Assembly (NCBI GenBank): GCA_018823885.1
Contig: JAHJHG010000005.1
Span: 1-56,858, forward strand
Source: Patescibacteria group bacterium
GTDB taxonomy: Bacteria; Patescibacteriota; Microgenomatia; UBA8517
Reading direction: 5' to 3'
DNA length: 56,858 nucleotides
The notes under the pieces are model-generated. The model had not been told where the DNA came from and searched no databases. It was given only the letters and a program-made list of their open reading frames with translations. Numbering within the stretch: the stretch's first letter is position 1; the number at the start of each line of letters is the position of its first letter. This document shows, one piece after another, positions 41,967-52,306 of this stretch. The translations under genes were made by a program, and so were the position numbers.

Positions 41967-43073
41967 CTATAAAAAGATAGTCTTTTTCTCTTCCTTCAGT
42001 TTATTGACTATCTGTTTGACTTTTTGCGCCTGAGACTTGGGTGCAACTAAAACAGCATCTTCCGTTGCAACCACTATCATATCCGTTAATCCGATTACTC
42101 CTAACATACGATTGTCTTCGGAAATAATCATTGAATCTGTTGTGTCAATACCTATCCATTCTCCTCCATTATCCAGTATTACACTATTCTCATTCTTATC
42201 TTTCTTTCCTACTTTCCATAAAACAGAAAAGTCTCCTAGATCATACCAATCAAATATCCCCTGTACGACAAGAAAGTTCTTAGCTTTTTCCGCCAAGACA
42301 ACGTCTATTGAAGCATCGGGGGCACTTTTATATTCATTTATTATTTTTCCTTTTCCATAATTCTTTTCTAAAGCTTCAGATATTGCTTCAAGTCTTTTAG
42401 ACGTAGCAGGTGAATGTTTCTTGACTGCTTTCATGAATGCATCCACTCTCCAAACAAATGGCCCTGTATGCCATAAATAAGAACCTGACTTAAACATTCT
42501 TTTTGCATCAGGCAATTTTGGTTTTTCAGTAAAGCGCTCTATTTTAAAAACATTAACGGAGTTGATAATGTCATGAACCCGATCTTTCTTAATATATCCC
42601 AGACCAGCATGGGGGTATGTTGGCGCTACTCCGACGGTAACTAAGTTCTCGCCACTCGATGCCGACTTGGCAGCGGCAAAGACTGATTTTCTCCAAGAAA
42701 CTTTTTTCTCAATAAGCTGATCTGCCCATATATTGGCTATAATCGCTTTTGGGTCTTTCTTTTGTATATAGGCCGCCCCTAGTCCCGCTGCCATGGCTGT
42801 ATTTTTCCTAGCAGGTTCCACTATCACTCTGCTTTTTGAAATCTCGGGAAGCTCTTCAGCTACCTCATCTGCATATCCAGGAGTTGTAACAACAAACATG
42901 CGCTCTGCTGGGATAAGCGGAAGCAATCTTTCGAAGGTGTTTCTAACAAGTGTTTTCTTGCTATTCACTTTTAGGAATTGTTTTGGTCTTTGTTGTTTAG
43001 AAAAAGGCCAGAGACGTGTGCCTCCACCGCCACAAAAAATAAGAGCGTATAAATGGGATTTTACATCATCCAT
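41967..43073 (-). CDS. manC: Mannose-1-phosphate guanylyltransferase (start likely ATG 43073)
   Basis: CGGGGTRLWPFS....PKQFL, EP.RKNTA, G.GYI, F.EKP, SID, W.DLGDF. Confidence 0.92.
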   Translation of the reverse strand: MDDVKSHLYALIFCGGGGTRLWPFSKQQRPKQFLKVNSKKTLVRNTFERLLPLIPAERMFVVTTPGYADEVAEELPEISKSRVIVEPARKNTAMAAGLGAAYIQKKDPKAIIANIWADQLIEKKVSWRKSVFAAAKSASSGENLVTVGVAPTYPHAGLGYIKKDRVHDIINSVNVFKIERFTEKPKLPDAKRMFKSGSYLWHTGPFVWRVDAFMKAVKKHSPATSKRLEAISEALEKNYGKGKIINEYKSAPDASIDVVLAEKAKNFLVVQGIFDWYDLGDFSVLWKVGKKDKNENSVILDNGGEWIGIDTTDSMIISEDNRMLGVIGLTDMIVVATEDAVLVAPKSQAQKVKQIVNKLKEEKKTIFL

Positions 43074-44154
43074 ACTTTGTGATTCTAAGGATTTCTCTTT
43101 TAAATCTTTCTTTTGAGAATCTTTCGGCATTTTTAATTAAATCTTTTTGGTTAAACGATAGCTTTTCAAACTTCTTGACCGCTTTTATCAAACTCTTTTT
43201 GTTTTGTTTATCAAAAAACACTCCTGTCTTTCCTTCTATTACTGTATCTAAGGCGCCTCCGGCTTTATAAGCAATCACAGGCGCCCCGGCTGCTTGTGCT
43301 TCAAGGGCAACAATTCCGAAATCTTCCTCTTGCGGAAAGATAAATGCTGCGCACTTCTTATAGTAGTCAGCAAGCTTCGTATCTGTCAAATGGCCCACAA
43401 ATTTTATATTGCTTTTCGCCATGTTTTTTAGTTTTTCTTCTTCGCTCCCCGTACCCACAATAATAAGGGGGAGCCCTAATTCGTTAAAGGCAGAAACAGC
43501 AAGATCCACCATCTTGTAAGGAACCAGTCTTGATACAACCAAAAAGAATTTTTCTCTTTTTTCTTTTCCATTCTTATTAGAAAAGTTATTCTTAAAAAAG
43601 TCGAGCTCTACAGGCGGAAAAATAACTTCGGAGGGGCGATTGTAGTATTTTTTAATTCTCTTCTGAACGGCATGCGAAATTGCAATCATCTTGTCAGGTC
43701 TTTGGGCAGCAATCTTATCCCAAACCCTCAAATAATCAACTACGGGCTTCGAAATTAATTTTAGAAGCGGATTCCTAAAATATATATCGTACCCACTCCA
43801 AAGATATCTTGTAGGAGTAAGACAATAGCAAATATGTTTTGTGGGGGGCTGAACAATTACTCCTTTGGCCGCTTCGCTCGTCACTGAAATTATTAGATCA
43901 AAACCAGTTAAATCAAGGTTCTCAAAAGCAATTGGAGTAAAAGTACCTAATAATTCATGTTTATCTTTAGTAAAAGGAATTTTTTGCAAAAAGGTTGGAA
44001 TTACTTTAGGAAAAACTTTTGCCCATGGAGCATTTTCAGTAGAATATACGGCTGTAAAAAGAGGCGCATTCGGAAATACCTCGTGAAGAGCCAAAAGAGT
44101 TCTTTCGGCACCACCCCATTTATTTACTCTGTCATACAGAAACGCTGTTTTCAT
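43066..44154 (-). CDS. Glycosyltransferase family 4
   Basis: WGGAERTL, SRLVPYK.VD, EDFGIVALEAQAAGAP (E-x7-E). Confidence 0.93.
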   Translation of the reverse strand: MKTAFLYDRVNKWGGAERTLLALHEVFPNAPLFTAVYSTENAPWAKVFPKVIPTFLQKIPFTKDKHELLGTFTPIAFENLDLTGFDLIISVTSEAAKGVIVQPPTKHICYCLTPTRYLWSGYDIYFRNPLLKLISKPVVDYLRVWDKIAAQRPDKMIAISHAVQKRIKKYYNRPSEVIFPPVELDFFKNNFSNKNGKEKREKFFLVVSRLVPYKMVDLAVSAFNELGLPLIIVGTGSEEEKLKNMAKSNIKFVGHLTDTKLADYYKKCAAFIFPQEEDFGIVALEAQAAGAPVIAYKAGGALDTVIEGKTGVFFDKQNKKSLIKAVKKFEKLSFNQKDLIKNAERFSKERFKREILRITKYG

Positions 44155-45262
44155 ACACCTTTAATGTTTGTTTCGCCATTGTAGCCCAAGAATATCTTTT
44201 TATATAATTTTGGTTTATAGCAATACGCTTTTCTCTTTCTTTTATGGACATCGCCATTGTGTTTTTCATTGCCTTTGTCATTGAAGAAAAGTCGAAAGGA
44301 TTAAAATAAGAAACACTATCTTTATAGACTTCCTTGAACACAGGAATGTCTGAAGCTAACACCAAAGTACCTGCCCGAATCGCCTCCATTCCTGGCAAAC
44401 CAAAACCTTCTGATAAGGAAGGAAAAATAAAAGCTGTAGAATGTTTAAATAAAACTCCTAAGTCATGGTCCGGTACAAAACCCAAAAGTTTTATGTATTT
44501 GTCGGCCTTCGCTTTTTTGATTGTCTCTCTTAATTTTTTCGTAAAGACATTCCTTGCCGAAGTCATAACAAAAAGGACTTTTTTATCAACCTCTTCATTC
44601 AATAAAACCATCGCCTCAACAACTCTCTTTAAGTTTTTATGCGGGTACGCATTTCCTGCATAAATAAAATAGGGGGATGAAATATTATATTTTTTAAAAA
44701 TATTCTCTTTTTTCCCTTTAGACACAATGTTTGTATCCACTCCCTCGTACGTCACCGTAATTTTACTTTTTTCCAAGCCATAGTAGTCGATTAATTCTTT
44801 TTTAACAAAGTTACTTGGAACGATAATCTTTTCTGATCCACAAACAGCTTTCCTAAAAACGCGGTGATATCCAATTTTTTTTAGATAGTAAAGAGGCGCA
44901 GAAAGTGTTGTCGCATTTCTACCTTTTTGCTTATGCATCAAAATATCATGGATCGTAACTATATATTTTCCTTTAAAAAACACAGGAACATTAAAATGGG
45001 GGAAATGAGTAATGGAAGGCTTGTGTTTAGATATAATCCTAGGAAGCCTAATTTGTTCGATAAAACTATAATGCCGAAAATCAACCAACACTTTCTCCCA
45101 ATTCTCTGGAACGCTTAACTCTTTAAAATATTTCTTCCTTAATAGAAGAACGTATCTATTTTTCTTATCAATATTGGCTAGTTCGTCTATTAAATTAACT
45201 AGATACCGCCCCAATCCTGCGTTCTCCAGTCCATACAGTCTTGCATCAATTAATATCTTCAT
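44132..45262 (-). CDS. Glycosyltransferase family 4
   Basis: IDAR...GLGRY, TIHD, YPHKN, EGFGLPGMEA. Confidence 0.93.
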   Translation of the reverse strand: MKILIDARLYGLENAGLGRYLVNLIDELANIDKKNRYVLLLRKKYFKELSVPENWEKVLVDFRHYSFIEQIRLPRIISKHKPSITHFPHFNVPVFFKGKYIVTIHDILMHKQKGRNATTLSAPLYYLKKIGYHRVFRKAVCGSEKIIVPSNFVKKELIDYYGLEKSKITVTYEGVDTNIVSKGKKENIFKKYNISSPYFIYAGNAYPHKNLKRVVEAMVLLNEEVDKKVLFVMTSARNVFTKKLRETIKKAKADKYIKLLGFVPDHDLGVLFKHSTAFIFPSLSEGFGLPGMEAIRAGTLVLASDIPVFKEVYKDSVSYFNPFDFSSMTKAMKNTMAMSIKEREKRIAINQNYIKRYSWATMAKQTLKVYENSVSV

Positions 45263-46164
45263 TATAGAAGCATTTTAATTATCCTTAGGACCCTGAGAAA
45301 CTTAATCCCCGCGATAACTAGCAAATTCAACAACAAAGGATATTTATTCCAAAGTCTTTTCCTGTAAAAGATTTCCATGGAGGTAACGCCCGAAGCCCTA
45401 AATTTAATTCTTTCAGCGAGTGGAGCTTTTTTCTTTGCTTTCTTATTTTTCCCTTTTGTGACACCCTTGAGATGAATTATTGAAACCTCTGGATAATATA
45501 TTATTTTCCATCCAGCTTCTCCTATTTTCCAGCAGAGATCAATATCTTCTCCATCGAGAAAATAATCCTCGTCAAGCCAGTCCACCTTATCCAATATTTT
45601 TTTACGAACTAAGAAAAAGGCTCCCTGAATGGCGTCTACTTCATGAGTTGTATCCTCAGGGATATATCCATACCAATATTTTGCAAACAAGGGAGATTTT
45701 GGAAATATCTTATCTAAACCAAGAACAAGATGAGTTAATGAAACCCATGGTGTAGGAAAAGACCTTCTTGCGTCTTTATCGACTCCACCATCCAATAAAT
45801 CAAGCTTGCAAGTTAAGGCTCCAACTTCTTTGTTCTTGTGTAAATATTCTAAACATTTTTTTAAAGTTCCTTTGTGTACTATCGTGTCCGTATTTAGCAA
45901 CAAAACATTTTCCCCTTTACAGTAGTCCTTTGCCCTATTGTTTCCAGCTGCAAAACCTAGATTTGCATTATTCTCAACCAATATAACCCAACGGAAGTCT
46001 TTTTTAAGCATTTCACAGCTACCATCAACTGAGCCGTTGTCAGCAACTATTACTTCAAAACTTGCCTCGTTCTTTACTTTCTCAAGAGAAAGTAAACAAT
46101 CTTTAAGAAGATCTTTTGTATTATAGTTTAATATTATTATCGAAAGATTTGGTTTTTCTTTCAT
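45262..46164 (-). CDS. Glycosyltransferase family 2
   Basis: IIILNYNT, DNGSVDG, NLGFAAGNN, LNTD, DEDYFLDGEDID. Confidence 0.93.
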   Translation of the reverse strand: MKEKPNLSIIILNYNTKDLLKDCLLSLEKVKNEASFEVIVADNGSVDGSCEMLKKDFRWVILVENNANLGFAAGNNRAKDYCKGENVLLLNTDTIVHKGTLKKCLEYLHKNKEVGALTCKLDLLDGGVDKDARRSFPTPWVSLTHLVLGLDKIFPKSPLFAKYWYGYIPEDTTHEVDAIQGAFFLVRKKILDKVDWLDEDYFLDGEDIDLCWKIGEAGWKIIYYPEVSIIHLKGVTKGKNKKAKKKAPLAERIKFRASGVTSMEIFYRKRLWNKYPLLLNLLVIAGIKFLRVLRIIKMLL

Positions 46165-47381
46165 TAGTTTTTAGGCCGCCTTAATATATTATCGTATATT
46201 GGCTGGTGAAGCTTAGTGATTGCTTTCCAATCAAAATTATCTCTAACAAATTTTTGCCCTTCCTTCCCCATTATTTCCGCCGCCTTTTTGTCTCTAATAA
46301 CTTTTATGGCTTGTTTTGCCAATCCAGACATACTGTCTGAAACAAGTGCGTGCTTACCATTTGTGAGGCCAAGTCCGGCAACACCTATGGAAGTTGATAC
46401 AATCGGTAATCCGGCCGCCATTGCTTCTAATATCTTCAGTCTCGTCCCTCCTGCACCTTTTATTGGTGTTACCATTACCGTTGATGATAAATATGCATCT
46501 CGTGCATCCTCAATCGATTCAGTGATCTCAACATCGTCTCTCTCTTCGGCTAGCTTGACAATTCTTTCCGGTATTCTCCTTCCGACTATCCAAAGTTTTG
46601 CGCTAGGCTCTTCTTTATGTATTGTTGGCCATACTTCGTCAATCAGAAGATCTACTGCCTCAACGTTTTGGAGCCATTCAAAATTCGTTACTCCATACAT
46701 GACTCTTGCTGGATCTTTTTTAACAGCTTTCTTGGCAACATAATAATCCGCATCTACTCCATTTGGAATAATATCAACATTAGTCTCAGGGATTAGTTCC
46801 AGCATCGCTTGGCGATCTTCGTTAGAAACAGATACTAGCTTGTCTGCCTTTTTCCAATAATATTTCTCCCAATACCTAAGCTTAAAAACATCGAGTAAAT
46901 AGAAAGGCTTCAAAAGCAATGGCACTTCGTTGTCAACATAGTGCTTATAAACCATATACTCTATTGTTTGCTCTACAAGAACTGTGGGAACATCTGTTTC
47001 CGGTATGTGGGGCATCACATAAAAAGCTTCAGCATGAATCAGGTCATATTTTTCTTTCTCTAGTTCTTCTTTGACCGCTTTTCTTTCAGATGCGGAAAAA
47101 TTCCTAATAACAACTAGTGGATAAAATCCGAGTTCTGCGAGCAAAATATTTTTAAGCGTCCAAGGGGATTTCGGTCTTGAAAAAACTCTTACTTTTTTAC
47201 AATATTTTTTGAGTTCGGGTATGAACTTTTTCTCCGATTCATCCTTCTTTAAAGAAAAAAGTGTAATATCGTGCTCTTTTGATAGATGTTTAATAATATT
47301 GTACCAACGCGTTTGGCCCCCCGATGTTTGGATGTTAGGCAAGAAAGGAACAAGCATTAGAATTTTTAATTTTTTCTTCAT
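46164..47381 (-). CDS. Glycosyltransferase family 4
   Basis: GGQTR, IIPNGVD, GGTRLKILEAMAAGLPIVST. Confidence 0.9.
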   Translation of the reverse strand: MKKKLKILMLVPFLPNIQTSGGQTRWYNIIKHLSKEHDITLFSLKKDESEKKFIPELKKYCKKVRVFSRPKSPWTLKNILLAELGFYPLVVIRNFSASERKAVKEELEKEKYDLIHAEAFYVMPHIPETDVPTVLVEQTIEYMVYKHYVDNEVPLLLKPFYLLDVFKLRYWEKYYWKKADKLVSVSNEDRQAMLELIPETNVDIIPNGVDADYYVAKKAVKKDPARVMYGVTNFEWLQNVEAVDLLIDEVWPTIHKEEPSAKLWIVGRRIPERIVKLAEERDDVEITESIEDARDAYLSSTVMVTPIKGAGGTRLKILEAMAAGLPIVSTSIGVAGLGLTNGKHALVSDSMSGLAKQAIKVIRDKKAAEIMGKEGQKFVRDNFDWKAITKLHQPIYDNILRRPKN

Positions 47382-48847
47382 AATTTAGGTTTATTTAGGT
47401 CGATTATCACGTAATCATTTGTTTTTTCTACAACCTCGTAACCTTCTTCGACCATAAGTGTGTCAGTATCATTCAGATTTACTGATACATAATAATCTGC
47501 TCCTCTTTTTATCAGTGTTTCTAAAGACGTGTCTATAACAGGCCAGCCTTTTCGTTTGGTTTGATAAAGAAAGGCTGTGTCACCGTTATATGGAGCAATA
47601 ACCAACGCATCTTTTGGGGCTATGTTGTCAATGGCTTGCCCAGCAACCATAATTTCCGGGTGATTTATTTTGTAATACTCTTTCACTCTGTACGCAGTCG
47701 CCCCAAGCATCATTATTATTGAGAAAATCAAAAGCGGCCTTGAAAAAATTCGTTTAAAGTCTTTGCTATTCCACATATATATTGCTCCCTGAGCAAGCGC
47801 AAGGGAAACTGCTGGAATAATCATTAATTGATAATAATCATGTCTTACGTTGGCAGTTGCGAATATAAGAGTGTACAAAAACATACCTAATAGGAAGAAG
47901 TGAATAAAATAATCTTTTGTCTTAGCCTTTAGCAACCCCAAAACAAAAGGTATTAATCCCCAAACACCCAAAATAAGAATTCCTAATCTTTCAACAAAAA
48001 TCCATCTCCAAAATGCTGGCCGAAAGCGTATGTGGTCACCGTTAAACATCCATTTCCAGCCCGGAATTCCAGCTGGATATTGATTAATCCAAGCTCTCCA
48101 AGCTAAAAAAGGGATTACCACTATGCTGGCAAAAACTAACAACTTTATTACTAGTTTTGAATTCTGCAACATTTTTTTCCAATCATATTTTCTAAAAAAT
48201 AGATAAGCTGCTGGCACAAAATAAAAAGCGGTAAACGGCTTCATCAACATTGAAGTTGTAAACAAAGCTCCCGACAAATACAGCGGGAGAGGTTTCTCGT
48301 CTTCTGTAAACCTAACAAAAAACCACAATCCAAGAAGGGCAAGGGTTATAGCAGTAGGGTCAGGCAATATCACTCGAGTGAAATATATATTAAACGGTAA
48401 AAGCATATAAAATGCTGCAGCCAAAATACCGCCCCATTTGTTTATAAATTTTTTCCCAAGCAGATAAATTACATATGCAGAAACCAAAGAAGAAAAAATT
48501 GCAACTAATCGTCCCCACACTTCTAGTGATAATTGGGGAAATGTATTGACCAAACTGGCATGAATAACATTAAAAATCGGCAGTTCAACGAAACGATAAC
48601 CATTCGGGTTATACAACCTAGACTGTGTGGCGGAAAAATCATGATAGCGAGGATATAAAAAGTTAATTCCCTCTTCCACATAAATTCTAGTTACAGAAGC
48701 TGTGTCGGCCTGGCGAAAGGAATGCCAGTCTGCCACAGGGTTTCCTATTTTATATAGTCTCACCAATAAGCCCAAAATCAATATTATTGCTAACAAATAA
48801 TATTCAATATTCTTTACTTTTTGTATTCGTTCAATTATTTTTCTCAT
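47378..48847 (-). CDS. GT-C fold glycosyltransferase (ArnT/PMT_2, GT39/GT83-like)
   Basis: LLVRLY, DWHSFRQADT, ELP, about 11 TMs, HDYYQ, soluble C-terminal tail. Confidence 0.85.
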   Translation of the reverse strand: MRKIIERIQKVKNIEYYLLAIILILGLLVRLYKIGNPVADWHSFRQADTASVTRIYVEEGINFLYPRYHDFSATQSRLYNPNGYRFVELPIFNVIHASLVNTFPQLSLEVWGRLVAIFSSLVSAYVIYLLGKKFINKWGGILAAAFYMLLPFNIYFTRVILPDPTAITLALLGLWFFVRFTEDEKPLPLYLSGALFTTSMLMKPFTAFYFVPAAYLFFRKYDWKKMLQNSKLVIKLLVFASIVVIPFLAWRAWINQYPAGIPGWKWMFNGDHIRFRPAFWRWIFVERLGILILGVWGLIPFVLGLLKAKTKDYFIHFFLLGMFLYTLIFATANVRHDYYQLMIIPAVSLALAQGAIYMWNSKDFKRIFSRPLLIFSIIMMLGATAYRVKEYYKINHPEIMVAGQAIDNIAPKDALVIAPYNGDTAFLYQTKRKGWPVIDTSLETLIKRGADYYVSVNLNDTDTLMVEEGYEVVEKTNDYVIIDLNKPKL

Positions 48848-50216
48848 TTTTTAATAAAACAACGGAAAAACCGGCTAATAGCCAAAAGATTATAGCAAAC
48901 TTCGATGCCTCGAAAACATCTATGAACATTGCGTTTATAAATATTCCCGGCAGAGCGCCCACAAAACCTGCCATAAAAGCAAGCTCTACTCCATTGAAAT
49001 TTCTCACCAAAGGAAGCGAATCGTATATTTTCTTGCCAATTCTAATAAAAACCAAAAAGAATGCAAAAAAGCCTAGTATTCCAACTTCACCTAGTAATCT
49101 TAAGTAGTCATTGTCTGTTGCTAGTGTAATTGAAGAATATCCTGTACCCAGCAAAGGATTTTTTGAAAGAGCTCGCAATGCCCTTGGCCACTCAACATCA
49201 AACCTAATGGAGGTTGATCTGTCCTCAAAAACCGGAACAGGCGTAGGAGTTGGGATTGTAGTTTTTCTCCTTAGGGAATTATCATCAAGCTCTTCTATGG
49301 CTATCACTTCTCCCAAAGATTGATTAAATAGTAGTTTATTATTAATCTCTTCTATTTTTTCCTTTCCAACATCAATCAATCTTTGATATCTCGATGTTAA
49401 ATTCGAAGACATACCAAAGACCAAAATACCAATTAACACCATAATAGGAATGACCTTATATTTTTTGATGAGAATTAATGACAGAATGGCAGCAACAAGA
49501 TATGAAGCGGCTGAAATTCTTGATCCCGAAAAAGAAAGCAACCACAATCCAGAAAGAATAACAGCTAATATTATCGTCTTGGCTCGAAAATTTTTGATCA
49601 AAAGCAATAAAGACAAATAAACGGGTAAAAGCAATATCAAAAAAGTAGCAAGATCGTAATGTCCCGCAAACGTAGCGTTAATATGTCCTCCCTGGACATA
49701 GCGTAGAGCGACGCCTTTGGCATATTCCTCATTTTGAGTAACAATGATCGGCCAATTTAAATGTCGCTGGCCAAAACCGTAAAGAAATGCCAATAATATC
49801 GATATCATTAATACTTTAAGGAAAAATTCCAGATTGCCCTTGTTTTTCCTGATTGCAATTACTCCCAAAAAGAAAGGAATAAAATATTCCACTCGTCGTA
49901 GCCAATGCAACACTCCCAAATGAGGCTGAACTGTTTTGGTCACAAATATGGCGGAGGAAAGAGATACTAAGCCCACCAATAAGAATACAAATATTGCTAT
50001 ATTGGTCTTATTTTTTAAAAATTCGGAAAGCCTGGGTAAAATATGAGCCACTAGCACTAAAACGGCAATTGCCAAAAGAAAATCCTCCAAGCGAATTGAA
50101 ACATAGGTTCCAGGTATTCTCAAAAGAGGAAATTTCGGATACAAAGGGATTGCCAGCAAAATAGTTGCCACTAAATATTTGGTAATGTCATCAAGCCGCT
50201 TTAAAAGCTTTTGCAT
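48831..50216 (-). CDS. O-antigen ligase/polymerase-like (Wzy_C) membrane protein
   Basis: NATFAGHYDL, SGSRIS, IR...W..A......PLLGTGY, DNDYLRLLGEVGILG. Confidence 0.8.
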   Translation of the reverse strand: MQKLLKRLDDITKYLVATILLAIPLYPKFPLLRIPGTYVSIRLEDFLLAIAVLVLVAHILPRLSEFLKNKTNIAIFVFLLVGLVSLSSAIFVTKTVQPHLGVLHWLRRVEYFIPFFLGVIAIRKNKGNLEFFLKVLMISILLAFLYGFGQRHLNWPIIVTQNEEYAKGVALRYVQGGHINATFAGHYDLATFLILLLPVYLSLLLLIKNFRAKTIILAVILSGLWLLSFSGSRISAASYLVAAILSLILIKKYKVIPIMVLIGILVFGMSSNLTSRYQRLIDVGKEKIEEINNKLLFNQSLGEVIAIEELDDNSLRRKTTIPTPTPVPVFEDRSTSIRFDVEWPRALRALSKNPLLGTGYSSITLATDNDYLRLLGEVGILGFFAFFLVFIRIGKKIYDSLPLVRNFNGVELAFMAGFVGALPGIFINAMFIDVFEASKFAIIFWLLAGFSVVLLKNEKNN

Positions 50217-51108
50217 AAGTTATTGCTGCCTCCTTCCCTTTAAGTAACCCGAATAGCGGCACCCTAAGAGCTGCACCGCCTTTCAAAAATAGCCGAACCA
50301 ATGGTGTCTGCCAAGCAGGTTTATTCTTTTTGTAAAAAAGCTTCACTCCTTTGTATTCAGAAAGTATCGGAAATTCTGAAGTAGAGCTTGCTCCTCCCAA
50401 ATGTGTAATATTCCATTTGGGGAGAAACCAAATCTGCCAACCCTTTTTCTTTATCCGCCAACATAAATCAACTTCTTCTGTATACATAAAATAATCCTCA
50501 TCAAATCCTCCCACCTCCTCGTACAAATCTGTTCTTGTTAGCAGATATGCACCCGTAACCCAATCTCTTTGGTGTGCTTTTTTGAAAAAACGTTCTCCTT
50601 TATATAGTGGAGATTGTGGGTGCATGGGATGAAATGGCTTTATAAGACTATCAACAAGTGGGATATTTTCTAGGAAAAACATCCAAGCAAATACTTTAAA
50701 TAGATTCGGAAAATAACCACCTGTCCCTTGCAAGCTACCGTCCAAATTCCTTAAGGCGCAGGTAGAAGCTCCCACTTTAGAGTTTTTGTTCATCCATAAA
50801 ACCATCTCACCCAAAACATTCTTTTTCACTATTGTGTCTGAATTCAGGAATAATATATATTTGCTCTTGGCAATTTTTGCTCCTTGATTATTGGCAATAC
50901 CAAAACCAGCGTTTGTTCTATTGGCAATAATACGTATGGGGTATTTCTTTGCAAGCAATTTCAAAAGCTCTACACTACCATCCTTGGAATCATTATCAAC
51001 AACAATTACCTCATATTTTATTTTCTTTGTTGTTTTTATTACGGATTCAAGACAATCCTTTAAGATTTTTTTCGTATTAAAACTGACTATTATTATTGAT
51101 AAGTCCAT
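50191..51108 (-). CDS. Glycosyltransferase family 2
   Basis: IIIVSFNT, N.GFGIANN, LNSD, GFDEDYFMYTEEVD. Confidence 0.93.
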   Translation of the reverse strand: MDLSIIIVSFNTKKILKDCLESVIKTTKKIKYEVIVVDNDSKDGSVELLKLLAKKYPIRIIANRTNAGFGIANNQGAKIAKSKYILFLNSDTIVKKNVLGEMVLWMNKNSKVGASTCALRNLDGSLQGTGGYFPNLFKVFAWMFFLENIPLVDSLIKPFHPMHPQSPLYKGERFFKKAHQRDWVTGAYLLTRTDLYEEVGGFDEDYFMYTEEVDLCWRIKKKGWQIWFLPKWNITHLGGASSTSEFPILSEYKGVKLFYKKNKPAWQTPLVRLFLKGGAALRVPLFGLLKGKEAAITYAKAFKAA

Positions 51109-51116
51109 TATTCTGT

Positions 51117-51668
51117 TTATACCCTTTTCTTTCTTTTCAGAAAACCTTTAATAGCAGTCTCCCACTCTTTGCCAACAATTACCATCAAAGCCAATGTCAA
51201 CACTATTACGGCAACTCTGGCAAGACTATTGCTTGGTACAAATCTCACCGTAATTTTTTGATACCAATCTTTACCTTCTATGTATATAGCATCTTTCTTT
51301 AAGGCAGGCTTAAAACCATTAATATAGACCGACTCTCTAAAAGGATGAACAATCTCTTCTAGAAAAGTGCTTCTTGTTTGGTCTCTAATAATCATTCGCG
51401 CTTCTTCCGGGGGATAGTTTAATCTGTATGAAGGTAAATATATTCCGAAAATAACAGGCTTTTCAAATTGGTCTTTATAATGAATCATTACCTCCTCACG
51501 GGTGTAGTTTGTAAAATATGCTTTTCTTAAAGGTGTTTCCGTGTCTGCTGGTTCATTTGACTGAAGTGCATCTGGTGGTGGCTCCGGAAAGGTTGGATTA
51601 GGCAATAAAAGGTAAATAATAAATAGTGTGCTAAAGCAGCTGAAGAATATCTTTGTTATTCTTTTCAT
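51117..51668 (-). CDS. Hypothetical membrane protein (N- and C-terminal TM anchors)
   Basis: 183 aa in-operon ORF with hydrophobic ends and a Pro/acidic-rich external domain. Confidence 0.75.
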   Translation of the reverse strand: MKRITKIFFSCFSTLFIIYLLLPNPTFPEPPPDALQSNEPADTETPLRKAYFTNYTREEVMIHYKDQFEKPVIFGIYLPSYRLNYPPEEARMIIRDQTRSTFLEEIVHPFRESVYINGFKPALKKDAIYIEGKDWYQKITVRFVPSNSLARVAVIVLTLALMVIVGKEWETAIKGFLKRKKRV

Positions 51669-51676
51669 TAGAAGTA

Positions 51677-52279
51677 TTATTGAAAAAGTCTTGCCCTACC
51701 CAGCTTGTATTTTAGATTTTTGTTTTTGCGTTCTCCAATAGTTTTCGCCGGTACTCCTCCTGCTATCGCAAAATTAGGTACATTCTTAGAAACAACCGCT
51801 CCTGCAGCTACTATTGCACCTTTGCCAATTTTAACCCCGGGCAAAATAATTACCCTAGGGCCAATAAACACATAGTCATCTATCTCTACAGGCTCTTCTC
51901 TTGCAGAAAAATCCTCTGCTTCGATATCATGCTCTGAGTTATAAATCAAAACATTTGAAGCTATGTCAACATGATTTCCTATTGTTAGTTTAGCCCTACC
52001 GTCCAGAAACACACGATCACCAATAATAGATCCTTCTCCTATCTTTATGTTCTTGGGTTGAAAGAAATTGGCCCACATGTGAATCACTGATCCTCTACCT
52101 ATTTTCATACCAGCCAGCTTATAGAAAAACTTGCGGCAAGTGTGGAAAGGTATATGTCCCACCCAACGTAAAACCATTAATTCAAGATCAAGAAAATAAT
52201 TACAAAAACGACTACATATTTTAGAATACGCTTGGACGAGAGTAAGGCCTTGACCCATTCGATCGCGAAAGATAGGCAT
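51677..52279 (-). CDS. Hexapeptide-repeat O-acyltransferase
   Basis: Repeated [LIV]G motifs, V.IDDYVFIG..V.ILPGVKIG.GAIVAAGAVV, GGVPAK. Confidence 0.92.
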   Translation of the reverse strand: MPIFRDRMGQGLTLVQAYSKICSRFCNYFLDLELMVLRWVGHIPFHTCRKFFYKLAGMKIGRGSVIHMWANFFQPKNIKIGEGSIIGDRVFLDGRAKLTIGNHVDIASNVLIYNSEHDIEAEDFSAREEPVEIDDYVFIGPRVIILPGVKIGKGAIVAAGAVVSKNVPNFAIAGGVPAKTIGERKNKNLKYKLGRARLFQ

Positions 52280-52306
52280 TATAAAGGAATTATAACACCT
52301 ACGAGC

